Shown here piece after piece: positions 39,901-49,011 of a DNA stretch of 63,978 nucleotides; within the stretch, counting starts at the first letter, position 1, and each line of letters opens with the position of its first letter. This stretch comes from Catajapyx aquilonaris (lineage: Eukaryota). The stretch spans positions 1 to 63,978 of the forward strand of contig KZ538488.1 in assembly GCA_000934665.2 (NCBI GenBank), given 5' to 3'. The translations under genes were made by a program, and so were the position numbers. The notes under the pieces are model-generated. The model searched no databases. It was given only the letters and a program-made list of their open reading frames with translations, and was not told the DNA's origin.

Positions 39901-42900
39901 TCAAGTCCGAAGCAGCTGTCAATACGTTTCATTACATATATATACAGTACTGCATTGTGCGTTTATGACCCTGTTTATGTCTGGACTAACAGATTACCAA
40001 CACCGCAATTCCGAGTTCTTGGTACGGACCCAACACATTTACACAGGCTGTAAACCAGTCCAAAGTGTGTACTCAGCACTCAGCAGCACCTTGTCTTTTT
40101 TTTATTTTATCATGGTGTACACAACACCAACCCGGACAATGGACGTAAACAATTTGCTAATTTCATCTGAGCGAATATCCATCTTATTCCTGTCAGAAAT
40201 GGGTTTATATATAATTCTCACAGGATGTCACCACACCCTGTACCGCCCTCCCCTTCCAAAATTTAATCACGGGTCAAAACCCCAATCATGGCAACCCATT
40301 GTTTTGATACGCCAAGCCACTCATTTATCTCCGCATCTCTCCCGCTGGAACCCACGGCTCGAAATTGGTTCCAAGTCCCGAGTGGTTTTAACCCGACGAT
40401 TTGCTTTGTAATTCCATTTTCCCAACACCACTTTTTTTTTTTAAACCCATAGAAACGTGGGGTTCAACCTGTTTCCGGAGCTTCCGTCCCAAGGCCTGGA
40501 CAATCTTCTCCAGCTCAAGACATTCAACAATCCGCATCTTCGTGAGTTTCCAGGTCCGGACGACTTTCCTCGTGTTCAGAAGCTGGTATTGTCGTACGCG
40601 TACCATTGTTGCCAGTTTTTGTCTGTTGCTGAGGCTGTACCGGACCAACAACATGGCGAGAGGAGACTTGAAGATTCGGTCCTATTTCCCACTGGAGATT
40701 TCGACATCAACTTATGGAACATGAATGCAACGGATATCTGGCCCGAATTTCGTGAGTCTGCATTGCTATTTTGTTTATTGGTTTTTGTCTAATTATTTGG
40801 TTGCAGAAAACCTGACTTCAAAATTCGGCAAGATTGCTGAGGACCTTTGGGACAACTTTGGCTCAGACATTTCCTACCCAGCCAATCTTCCAGCAGTCGT
40901 CGAAGAGTATTTCGATTCGGCGAGACCTACGCCACATGGGGCTCAATGGCCCAAGGGACAGATCCAGTGCATACCTCAGCCAGGTACAAACTTTTGACAT
41001 ATATGCACACAACATACGAGTGACATTATTTCGTCTGTAGGTCCGTTCATGCCGTGTCAGGACCTGTTCGACTGGTGGACCTTACGATGCGGTGTATGGA
41101 TCGTGTTTCTTCTGGCCATGCTGGGCAACGGGACAGTGGTGTTCGTCCTGGTATTCTCCAGGAGCAAGATGGACGTCCCCAGATTCCTCGTCTGCAATTT
41201 GGCCATGGCTGACTTCTTCATGGGGATTTATCTGGGTCTGTATGTCCGACCCGGTTGCGAAAAAGCTTTTATCCTGTGAGTTATACACACTGGCAGACAT
41301 TGACGTGCAGGTTGCCTTGCACAGTTAGGATAAATTAAGTGAAAGAGTCTGCTATAAAGCGTGTCACCAGAAAATGTGGTGGTAGAGGGCGCAGGTGTAA
41401 CCATTTTTGCATAAGGAACTAGGGGTCGGAAACGCACCCTCACCGAGTTACGCCCCTTTCAAGTTTGCGGCAGGCAGTGTGCAAGAGGCGTGCGGCATGC
41501 GACGGAGTGACTCGGTGAGGGTGCGTTTCCGACCCCTAGTTCCTTATGCAAAAATGGTCACACCTGCGCCCTCTACCACCACCTTTTCTGGTGACACGCT
41601 TAGGATTAACACCCTGTACAGTTGAAGACCTTCTCACTTGAGGAATAATACTCCTGGCACTCTCTTTGTTGCTTATGTTGCCAGGAGCGATACTATCAGA
41701 TTGGACAAACATCCGACGGAGAGAATAAGCCTATTAGGAGAAATATGTTGATGTGGACCGGTTGACTGACAATGTCCGTGTTCTTCTTCAGGCTTCCTGG
41801 CTGTGGTGGACGCGTCGACCCTGGGCGAATTCCGCAAGTATGCCATCCCCTGGCAGATGTCGGCTGGATGCCAGATCGCGGGTTTTCTCGGGGTCCTGAG
41901 CTCCGAGCTGTCCGTGTATACCTTGGCCGTGATCACCCTTGAGAGGAACTACGCCATAACCCACGCCATGCACCTCAACAAGCGGCTGTCCCTCAAGCAC
42001 GCGGCGTACATCATGTCAATCGGTTGGCTCTTCGCTGGTTTCACCGCCCTCCTGCCTCTTCTGGGCATCTCGGACTACCGAAAGTTCGCGGTGTGCCTAC
42101 CATTCGAGATTGGGGACTCGCTCAGCCTGGGTTACGTGCTGTTCCTCATGTTCATCAACGGGGTGGCCTTCCTCATACTGATGGGCTGCTACCTCAAGAT
42201 GTACTGCGCCATCAGGGGCTCGCAGGCCTGGAACTCCAACGACTCCAGGATTGCAAAGAGGATGGCCCTGCTGGTCTTCACCGACTTCATCTGCTGGGCG
42301 CCCATCGCCTTCTTCTCGCTCACCTCCACATTCGGCCTGCACCTAATCTCTCTGGAGGAGGCCAAGGTCTTCACTGTCTTCATCCTGCCTCTGAACTCCT
42401 GTTGCAACCCATTCCTGTACGCCATCCTGACCAAGCAGTTCAAGAAGGACTGCGTGTTGATCTGCAAGGCCATCGAGGAATCCAGGGTCACCCGGGGGAT
42501 CGGCCGGTGTCGACACAGCTCCAACTTCAGCAACCAGAAGACTCCGGCCAACACCAACAGCCTCGTGGACAAGACCAACTCGTCCAACAAGGAAGGACCG
42601 CAACAATGCAGCTGCAACAAGAAGCACGACCTGACACCTTCAGGAGCGACGCCCGTCAGCAAGGTCCCCGCACGATGGTCCTGGAAGAACGTGACGAACT
42701 TCCTGTGCTTCAGACAGGAGGATCCGACCGAGGTGATGAACGAGTACGCCTACCAGATAGCCGAGATCCAACAGAAGCAGCACCAGAAGCACAAGCGGAA
42801 CTCGTCAGTGTCCAGCGAGAACTTCAGCTCGTCCAGATCCGACTCCTGGAGGCAGGCCAACTGCGCCAGCATCCCGCTCAAGCTTCTGGAGCACCGTCGT

Positions 42901-43947
42901 CGCAACTCCTGGACAGTCACCCGGAAGCCCTCGCAGGACTCCAACATGTCCAGCTCCAGGAACGACTCCTCCGCAACCACCGCCAGCACCAGCACGTGGC
43001 GGATGTCGCGCTCTAGTGTCTCCAGCGACGTCAGCAACAACAAGCCGCAACCGGCCGCAGCAGCAGTCATTGCCGCCAAGCAGCAACAACAACCAAACGG
43101 GCAGCAACCACTCCCAGCGCCCATTCTTCGGCAAGGGTCAGGCATCCTTAATCCTCCGAAGCCAGCAGCAGCACCGATCGTCACTCAGCCGAAACCGCGT
43201 GTGGTCGTCCCATTGCCCAGCAGCATCCTGACGTCTCCTAAAGCCGCGCCCAGACCGGTTGTCCCAACACTGGACGCATCGCCGCCTAAGATCGCAGCCG
43301 GCCGCGCGAAACCGCGTCTGATCCGGCAGTCCGCCATTCAGGAGGACAACTACATGCCAATAAAGTCGGTCTCATTCGAAGGCACCTCACCGCCAATGGG
43401 TCTGGTTCCTCCGCGTAAGAACTCGTGTCCTGTCCACGCAGCAGAGCGAATGGCCACCTTTTACAAGCAGCTGGACAGCGTCAGCGACACCGACACCGAC
43501 GACAGCGACGCCCAGTCCAGTCGTCCCCGCCATTCCAAGCTGGCAGTCGGAGGGTTCGTCCCCCGGAAGCTCAGCACCATTTCCTCCAAGAGTAGTATTA
43601 CCCGGGAGAGTTCCGGACACCTGAACCTCCTGGAGAGCCTGGACATTAACGCGGAAGGGGCGGTACCGAGGAGGTACTGTTCCTCCATGTCCAAAAGCCT
43701 CACCAACGTGTCGCACGTGTCGCCTCAGGCCGCGCCCAAATGCCCGTCGGACAACGTGCTGTCCGAGACGCGCAACAACGACGGCGGCGACACCACCGAC
43801 GACGACGACGTGTTCGTCGCGGCGAGGCAGTCGCGACGATACTCGCTTCAACCGAAGCCGTCCGAAGTGGTCGCGACCAGACGCGAGAGGATCCCTCTGA
43901 TATCCCCAAAGGCGTCCGGAGACACACCAAAACAACCCATGTTGTGA
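6797..43947 (+). CDS. rk: Type-B leucine-rich-repeat GPCR, bursicon receptor (rickets/LGR2) ortholog; join(6797..6975,31574..31645,32058..32126,32188..32259,32630..32773,33797..33868,34734..34805,35786..35854,37035..37178,38031..38171,38879..38944,39093..39236,39306..39377,40453..40751,40807..40983,41041..41235,41792..43947), 1380 aa
   Basis: Hand-spliced GT-AG model totals 4143 nt and stays open. Domains in order: signal peptide, LRRNT (CPSSCVC..C), about 17-18 LRRs, hinge YAYHCCQF and CIPQPGPFMPCQDLFDWWTLRCGVW, 7TM with ERNY, FTDFICWAP and NSCCNPFLY, then rickets-type tail motifs (SSVSSENFSSSRSDSWR, SSSRNDSSATTASTSTWR, KPRLIRQ). Confidence 0.93.
29864..30002. repeat. 33-bp minisatellite, about 4.2 copies; each unit has ATTGG (reverse CCAAT) plus TGACGTCA (CRE)
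   Basis: Unit ATTGGCTGGAGCGATGTGACGTCATAGGCCGTG starts at 29864, 29897, 29930 and 29963, with a partial copy at 29996. Confidence 0.95.
31574..31645 (+). CDS. rk: rk exon 2 (1 LRR, 72 nt)
   Basis: tttcag|G..CT|gtgag; DLGYNNITEIPRDAFFGFTLLEEL. Confidence 0.92.
32058..32126 (+). CDS. rk: rk exon 3 (1 LRR, 69 nt)
   Basis: ctccag|G..CT|gtaag; NLAGNSIHFVDPSAFMDIPLRML. Confidence 0.92.
32188..32259 (+). CDS. rk: rk exon 4 (1 LRR, 72 nt)
   Basis: ttgcag|G..CT|gtaag; SLEKNNLAEIPWRAIRVLSNLHTL. Confidence 0.92.
32630..32773 (+). CDS. rk: rk exon 5 (2 LRRs, 144 nt)
   Basis: gcaaag|G..TT|gtaag; HLASNNLFELGPEVFDSLSTLKQLRLDGNYFQHVPSQALANLVHLEAL. Confidence 0.9.
33797..33868 (+). CDS. rk: rk exon 6 (1 LRR, 72 nt)
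   Basis: tcgcag|A..CT|gtacgt; NLASNKISVVGPEAFRNLTNLVIL. Confidence 0.92.
34734..34805 (+). CDS. rk: rk exon 7 (1 LRR, 72 nt)
   Basis: ttttag|G..TT|gtgag; VLERNNLQTIHEDGFVGLTSLKVL. Confidence 0.92.
35786..35854 (+). CDS. rk: rk exon 8 (1 LRR, 69 nt)
   Basis: tgtcag|G..CT|gtgag; EINDNRLEEMPVAITKLPSLEEL. Confidence 0.92.
37035..37178 (+). CDS. rk: rk exon 9 (2 LRRs, 144 nt)
   Basis: tctcag|G..CT|gtaag; TVAGNRISYVPGGLLQKSPHLSLIELKGNPIRRVDYKAFCHLPKLKKL. Confidence 0.92.
38031..38171 (+). CDS. rk: rk exon 10 (2 LRRs, 141 nt)
   Basis: tcccag|A..CT|gtaag; ILSEARELRQFPDLNGTSSLEILRIDRSSLTNVPSYLCQFCKKLKSL (FPDLNGT is typical of type-B LGRs). Confidence 0.93.
38879..38944 (+). CDS. rk: rk exon 11 (1 LRR, 66 nt)
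   Basis: tttcag|A..CT|gtaag; DLKSNKLTEMPNLSSCRDLRLL. Confidence 0.92.
39093..39236 (+). CDS. rk: rk exon 12 (2 LRRs, 144 nt)
   Basis: tcacag|A..CT|gtaag; DLSHNRIQSLEGTPFNSLSQLQDLLIGHNLVKYIPQDSFVGLTRLQVL. Confidence 0.93.
39306..39377 (+). CDS. rk: rk exon 13 (1 LRR, 72 nt)
   Basis: cttaag|G..CT|gtaag; DVSSNEIVEIHEDAFLPLKQLEDL. Confidence 0.92.
40453..40751 (+). CDS. rk: rk exon 14 (last LRRs and hinge start)
   Basis: ccatag|A..C|gtgagt; NVGFNLFPELPSQGL...LSYAYHCCQF...DIWPEF. Confidence 0.93.
40807..40983 (+). CDS. rk: rk exon 15 (hinge)
   Basis: ttgcag|AA..G|gtacaa; NLTSKFGKIAEDLWDNFGSD...GQIQCIPQP. Confidence 0.92.
41041..41235 (+). CDS. rk: rk exon 16 (hinge end, TM1-TM2)
   Basis: ctgtag|GT..G|gtctgt; GPFMPCQDLFDWWTLRCGVWIVFLLAMLGNGTV...CNLAMADFFMGIYL. 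Confidence 0.92.
41357..41601. mobile_element. Foldback MITE-like element in rk intron 16 (95-bp arms, 55-bp spacer)
   Basis: 41357..41451 is a near-perfect reverse complement of 41507..41601. Flanks are TAA/TTA-like (PIF/Harbinger-like), but the TSD is imperfect. Confidence 0.8.
41792..43947 (+). CDS. rk: rk exon 17 (end of TM2 to TM7 plus long intracellular tail)
   Basis: cttcag|GC gives GFLAVVDASTLGEF..., the frame of the 714-aa ORF 41803..43947; stop TGA 43945-43947. Confidence 0.95.
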
Positions 43948-45076
43948 CTGTATCTAAGTCAAATGTTTGTACTGTAAATAATTTGAACTCGCTGCAAACG
44001 CGACGCTGCTGAACAAGGTGCTAAAAATGACTTATTTTGAGGGATAATAATTATTGGCAGTGTTCGTGAGCAGTGTTCCTCCTTCCCAGTGTCCCCTTAT
44101 TGCTCCCTCAACCACACACACACAAATTGTTTTTTTTAAACGTACCTTGTTAGCAGATATTTAAAAAAACAAACAATAGGTTTATTTATTTCATGTCATA
44201 CTGTGGTAGTTTTAATTACTGTACCTATGACTTTTTATGGTCATTTGACGCTCATAAAAAGTGGTTTAAAACTTTAGTGGAAAGATGTTTGAATCCTTGC
44301 ATGCGTCCAGGATTGCTCCAGGAGAACGACCGATCTCTATATTAATTCCAGCAACGATGCTGTACAGAGAGAAACAAAGGTAAGTTCACAAACCGTGGTG
44401 GAGCATGAGTAATAAGGAGATCATCTGCGCAGAACCAAGGAAACTTGATCGGATCCGAACCAGACCAGACTAATACGACATAATGGACAGTTCCCATTGT
44501 ATATGCAGCAATGCATCATCATCATCATATTACACCAATTAAAATTCACCATGAATTTAAGATACTACGAGTCGCTACGAGTAGTAGCAGGATAATGCCC
44601 AATAATATCCCAAAAAGTAATGTCGGCCATACCTTCTTTGTAGACTGAACTCCTCTTTCCTCAGGTTGTTTAGGATTTACAAGAACCCTGTCGCTATGCT
44701 GCAATTACTCTCACCTTGGGCAGAAACCAAAAAAGCAATCCTGAAAGCAGAGTGTCAGTGTTGCATCAGGAGCAGATAGTCAGTGACCCTGTGGCTTTAC
44801 TTCATAACCACCTGTTATTATGTGTAATTGGAAATGCATTACTGAGGCTACTGGCTGTAACCATAACTAGAATGGACCCTGTGTGTATACACCCTAGTTA
44901 ATAACACGGACTAACAGTACATAGTAAACCTATCACGGTGCAACTGGGCCTAACTGATAGTGACGATGCCTTACAGCTAATATTAAGAACAGATAAGATG
45001 ATCTCTGTCTTCCTACTAACCGTAAGCCTTCCCATTCAAATGACAATATCTCTGGTTACATAAATAGGAAGAATGG

Positions 45077-45082
45077 TTTATT
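45077..45082 (-). terminator. Polyadenylation signal AATAAA for the RAD51AP1-like transcript
   Basis: TTTATT on the plus strand, about 78 nt past the stop at 45160. Confidence 0.55.
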
Positions 45083-45159
45083 TCCCGTCATACTGAAAAA
45101 AAAAGTTCCAAAAATCATTCACAACAAACAAAAGGCATTCAAGGGATAGTACACATATT

Positions 45160-45278
45160 TCAACAGATGTTTGGTTTTAATGATGGATGCAGTGGTTTAA
45201 CTCGTGCATTGCGAGACAGGCCCAGTCTGATCTTGCCAACTGACTTGTGTCTCTCTCTGCCTGCGTCTAACCCGCGAC
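45160..45278 (-). CDS. RAD51AP1: RAD51AP1-like terminal exon with the RAD51-interacting motif
   Basis: actttcag|GT gives (S)RGLDAGRERHKSVGKIRLGLSRNARVKPLHPSLKPNIC*; close to the recalled human RAD51AP1 C-terminus LRLGLSRLARVKPLHP. Confidence 0.8.
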
Positions 45279-45600
45279 CTGAAAGTAATCATTGTGCAAT
45301 TATAGCATGTGTACCGATACTCCGTGGAGATGATTTGAGCATTCTTGTGAAAACACATGCACCAAATTCCAAAATCCCATTACACCCTGCCTAACTGCAC
45401 AGTAACAATCTGATTCCTCCCTTTAAAAATTACCTTGTTTGATTTTAATTATTAGCTTTTATCCCACTCATCTCCAGATTCTCTGCCTCCCGTAACTCCA
45501 TACTGATTTCCTCTTAATTTACTTCAATACTGTTCAAGACTCCATGATAATGTCTGACCAATTTCATCCTTATGATAAAAGTGGAAGTACGGATACTTAC

Positions 45601-45990
45601 TTTGAGGTGCTGGCACTTTTTTAGGTGAGTCCTCTAACTTCTTTATACCTTCTAGTTCACTCTTGTCGCACCTTACAGGCACACCATTGTTGGGAATACA
45701 TTTTTCCTGCTGTAAACTATTTTCTGATATGACATGTGTTTTGGCAACTGGTGGACTTCTCGCTACTCTTTTAGGTGTTCTGATCCGAGGCGGGGTTTTG
45801 TCTTTTCCTCTCGGTGTTGTGACTCTTCTTGGCTTTTCAGTAATGATGGGGGACTTTTCATCAGCTTTCACTTTTGCCCTCGCCTTCGGAGACTCATAGT
45901 CGCTGTCGTCTGAGGCCCCTGAATCCACCTCATATACCTCTGAATCCACCTCACTACTTTCCTCAGACTCATACGGTTTAAAAGGAGAAG
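45601..45990 (-). CDS. RAD51AP1: RAD51AP1-like internal exon (390 nt): acidic Ser/Asp/Glu tract, then Lys/Arg/Pro-rich region with SP/TP sites
   Basis: Strong acceptor ttattttttttcag|CT and donor A|gtaagt, phase 1-1, open; SPFKPYESEESSEVDSEVYEVDSGASDDSDYESPKARAKVK...DSPKKVPAPQ. Confidence 0.75.
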
Positions 45991-46135
45991 CTGAAAAAAA
46001 ATAAGAAGGCTATAAGTTTATGTTGGAATAAACGCAGAAATTCAGATATGTATGATATCACTCAAAAGGATATACCAGATTTTATCTCACATGCTAATAT
46101 GTGACTAATCATTGGCCAATGCTTTGTACAGTGGT

Positions 46136-46274
46136 GGACATTAATCGCGTCATACTGCTAGCGACGTTTTCCGAAGCAGCAGAAGAACAAATCTTCCTTG
46201 CACAGCTTGCACTATCCATTGCTTCGATTAGTTCTTCTGCCGCTTCGGAAAATGTCGCTAGCGATTAAAGTCCC
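46136..46274. mobile_element. Small degenerate palindromic MITE (possibly PIF/Harbinger-like)
   Basis: ggacattaatcgc..ctagcgacgttttccgaagcagcagaagaacaaatc is inverted against gattagttcttctgccgcttcggaaaatgtcgctagcgattaaagtccc; right flank is TTA. Confidence 0.65.
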
Positions 46275-46637
46275 TTAGTACAGTCCCGAGCATAAAGTTG
46301 GAGACGGCAAGCCTCACCTTCGGCAAGGTGCTCTTCCAATCTCAGCTATTACGGTATCAAATGTACTGTTATAAATACATGAACACTGCGCCTGAAGCAG
46401 CTAACTTGGTCCAAAAAGTGTCCATTAATTTGAGTCGGATAAAGGAAGATCAGAGAAGGCCCGCAGTGTCTCCAAATTTATGCTCGTGGCTGTACATCCT
46501 GTTAAATTGAAGCCAACTAATACAAAGTAAATATATGACTCTCTGGGTAATAATATATTCCCTTCAAACCATGACGCTTTACAATGCAAATAATTCAACA
46601 TTGCATTTTTTTTTCCATTGGTGTTGCTTTCAGATAT

Positions 46638-47253
46638 CGTTGTTAGGCATCGGAAATCCTCTATGTGGGTGAAGGACAACTTTTCAGGAGGGACAAAAAA
46701 CCAATTAAAACCTTTGAAGTGGCATGTGTGTGATCCAGATTTTTTTATTAAGGCATGTTTCTCATAATGCATGTATTGCACTAAGAATAAACAGAATTCA
46801 TATGAAATTCCAGGAAATAATACGCATTTCTTAGTGATTATCACACATAGCGGATTTTAACAAGTCACATGCCCCACATAGCTGAATTTTGTTCATGACA
46901 GATAAATAATTATAATTATAAAATATTATTATTTCAATTATTAACTCATAGTTCAGTTGGACATTAAAATAATTTTTATCATTACTGTGCTAAGAGAAAG
47001 GAACTTGTCATCTTCTATACACTTCTATACAAATCCGCTATGTGTAACACGCACCACATAGCTGAATTTCTTTGAACTAATTGCTCCACATAGCGTATAT
47101 GGTCAGATAATGGTCCTTTTTTCCTCATTTCTGGCTGTTGCCACACTTGGCGGGTTTTCACAGCAGATGCACATGGCGGTTTTCGTCACATTCCACTATA
47201 AACCTCATTTCAGCCGAAGTCTCCACATAGCGGATTTCCGATGCCTAACGACG
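46638..47253. mobile_element. Non-autonomous DNA transposon, 616 bp, 31-bp TIRs, ATAT TSD (Sola-like)
   Basis: CGTTGTTAGGCATCGGAAATCCTCTATGTGG..CCACATAGCGGATTTCCGATGCCTAACGACG (2 mismatches); ATAT at 46634-46637 and 47254-47257; internal CCACATAGC(G/T)GA repeats. Confidence 0.85.
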
Positions 47254-47488
47254 ATATGTGGTCTCTAATGTAATCCCTTTATGAACTCAATGAAAATGTG
47301 TTTTTTTTTTAAAATTTTAAGACGTCATAACTTTTGCAAATATGGGCCTCCTCACGAAATATTTCATTTTTGGGTATCATATATTGTCCTGTATTAGCAT
47401 GTTAAATTTCATCAAGATCCGTCATTATCACCCTGTGACCTTCCCTTGTAAGTAAAATAAAAAGAATGCAAAATGACATGACTCTCAC

Positions 47489-47526
47489 CATTGATAACAT
47501 TGATATCAATGGAGCTAAGATTTACA
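47489..47526 (-). CDS. Candidate 38-nt linker exon (VNLSSIDINVIN), phase 2 in and phase 1 out
   Basis: atctttttgctcag|T..G|gtgaga; it exactly bridges the BORCS8 phase-2 donor at 48904 and the phase-1 acceptor at 45990. Confidence 0.4.
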
Positions 47527-48327
47527 CTGAGCAAAAAGATCTGGATGGCTGATTGAAGGTTTGCATTTATTTATTGGAAAAGCTAAGGCACTAAGGCATG
47601 AGGATGTGCTGTCACAGTAAAAAAATATGATGCCTGTCTGTCATAAGTAGCTCCAACAGTTTCAGTAGATTATGTCTCTGCTCCAACACTCTTGTTTGTA
47701 CAGTACAGCATGCGGAGATTATGATGTCTACTATTGCATATTTGTATTGGACCAGAGACAGCATTGAAATTCCAGTGCAGTAATTGAAGACCTTGGGGGA
47801 AGAAAGATCAAGGTCCACATTTTGGCAAAAAGTAGTTACATATCTCAGAAGATACTTTCCCTATAGTGTAGAATATGATGGTTTGGTCATGGTTGTGGAG
47901 TAATGATCATAGGTCACAATGGTAGGCCCCGAAAGTGGGATTTACAATGGAACCTTACGGGCCTTCGAAATTTAAAATAGGATTATCTCTGTTTCACCTC
48001 AGGTGGACCTCGATGGTTTTTTCTCCCGATGTCTTCAATTATTAAAGCCATGCACATTGCAATATCATCTTTTTGGCAGGAATAATGGAGACATTATGTC
48101 ATGGTTGGCATCAATGATTTCACTGGAAATCTGTGGTCCAATGCTAATGTAAGCTGGAGAATGTGAAAATTATTATGGCTGTTGGAATAGTGACATCACT
48201 TGAATTCAAGTAAAGTGGCTGCAGCCACTCATGATAAATGTCTTCCATCTTTTTGGCAACACTAGTACATGGCTCTCTGAAGGATTACAAATGCATGCCA
48301 TGAAAGTGGATTTTTCCGATAATACTT

Positions 48328-48340
48328 TCAACTTCTCCAT
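48328..48340 (-). CDS. BORCS8: Candidate short terminal coding exon of BORCS8 (R-WRS-stop)
   Basis: Good acceptor cctttttccag|A gives a stop after 3 codons in the BORCS8 frame; minus-strand AATAAATAAA at 47566-47575 could end its 3' UTR. Confidence 0.35.
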
Positions 48341-48903
48341 CTGGAAAAAGGTTTTGTTTTGGAATAGGCCCACATGTTATTTGGTAAGGGTGAACCTCTT
48401 CATTATTATAGAAATTGTGTAATGTGTACTGCTTTCCATGAAATGAGAATACTCATACTTGACAAACAATCAGGAAAATAGGCGAAATGAGTCCAGGATT
48501 TGTGCAGAGAAGTTTCATTCATAAAAGTGAGCAGTCATTATGAATTTATTATATACGCTATACACAGGATTGTAAAAGGAGGAACATTTGCACATTTAAA
48601 AAGTTTAATTCAATTACTCCATCTTCCTCCCTTTACTCTTGATTGAGCAGGAAAACACTGTAGATTAATAAAAATGGTTTTTAAGAACTTGTTAAAAATA
48701 AAACTAATAAAAACCTATTAAATAAATGAATAAATAAATAAATACAGGAATATACCTGAATCAGGGAAACAACTCAACTAGAAATGGGGTCATCAACTGG
48801 ACTGGTTGTATCAAGGGATAGTCTAAGCAAAAAAATAAAAATAAAACAATAATGAATAAAAAACAGATTGTGTCCCATATATGTCGATGGAAACAGTGCA
48901 TAC

Positions 48904-49011
48904 CGCCTTGTCTCTTCACACTGAAGCTGCTGCTTATGGAATATGGCACTCTTCAGCATTTCCAGAATATTGCTTAATGTGTCACTGGAGTTTTGCATGG
49001 AGTGCACTGCC
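48904..49011 (-). CDS. BORCS8: BORCS8 exon (108 nt)
   Basis: ttacag|G..CG|gtatgc; AVHSMQNSSDTLSNILEMLKSAIFHKQQLQCEETR. Confidence 0.88.

Noticed and set aside
41228..41625. Two near-identical opposite-strand ORFs (VRFRPLVPYAKMVTPAPSTTTFSGDTL)
   Set aside because: Artefact of the foldback element arms
41792..43947. Assignment as a glycoprotein-hormone receptor (type A) or relaxin receptor (type C LGR)
   Set aside because: About 17-18 LRRs, no LDLa module, and the hinge and tail motifs indicate type B/rickets
42024..44012. Long alternate-frame and antisense ORFs (42024..43016 +, 42189..42662 -, 43387..43935 - and others)
   Set aside because: Shadows of the GC-rich rk terminal exon, with no recognisable domains
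47540..47960. Faint RNase H-like words on the minus strand (AE..., CDSTSSCLSAL)
   Set aside because: Fragmented across frames and too weak without an HMM search
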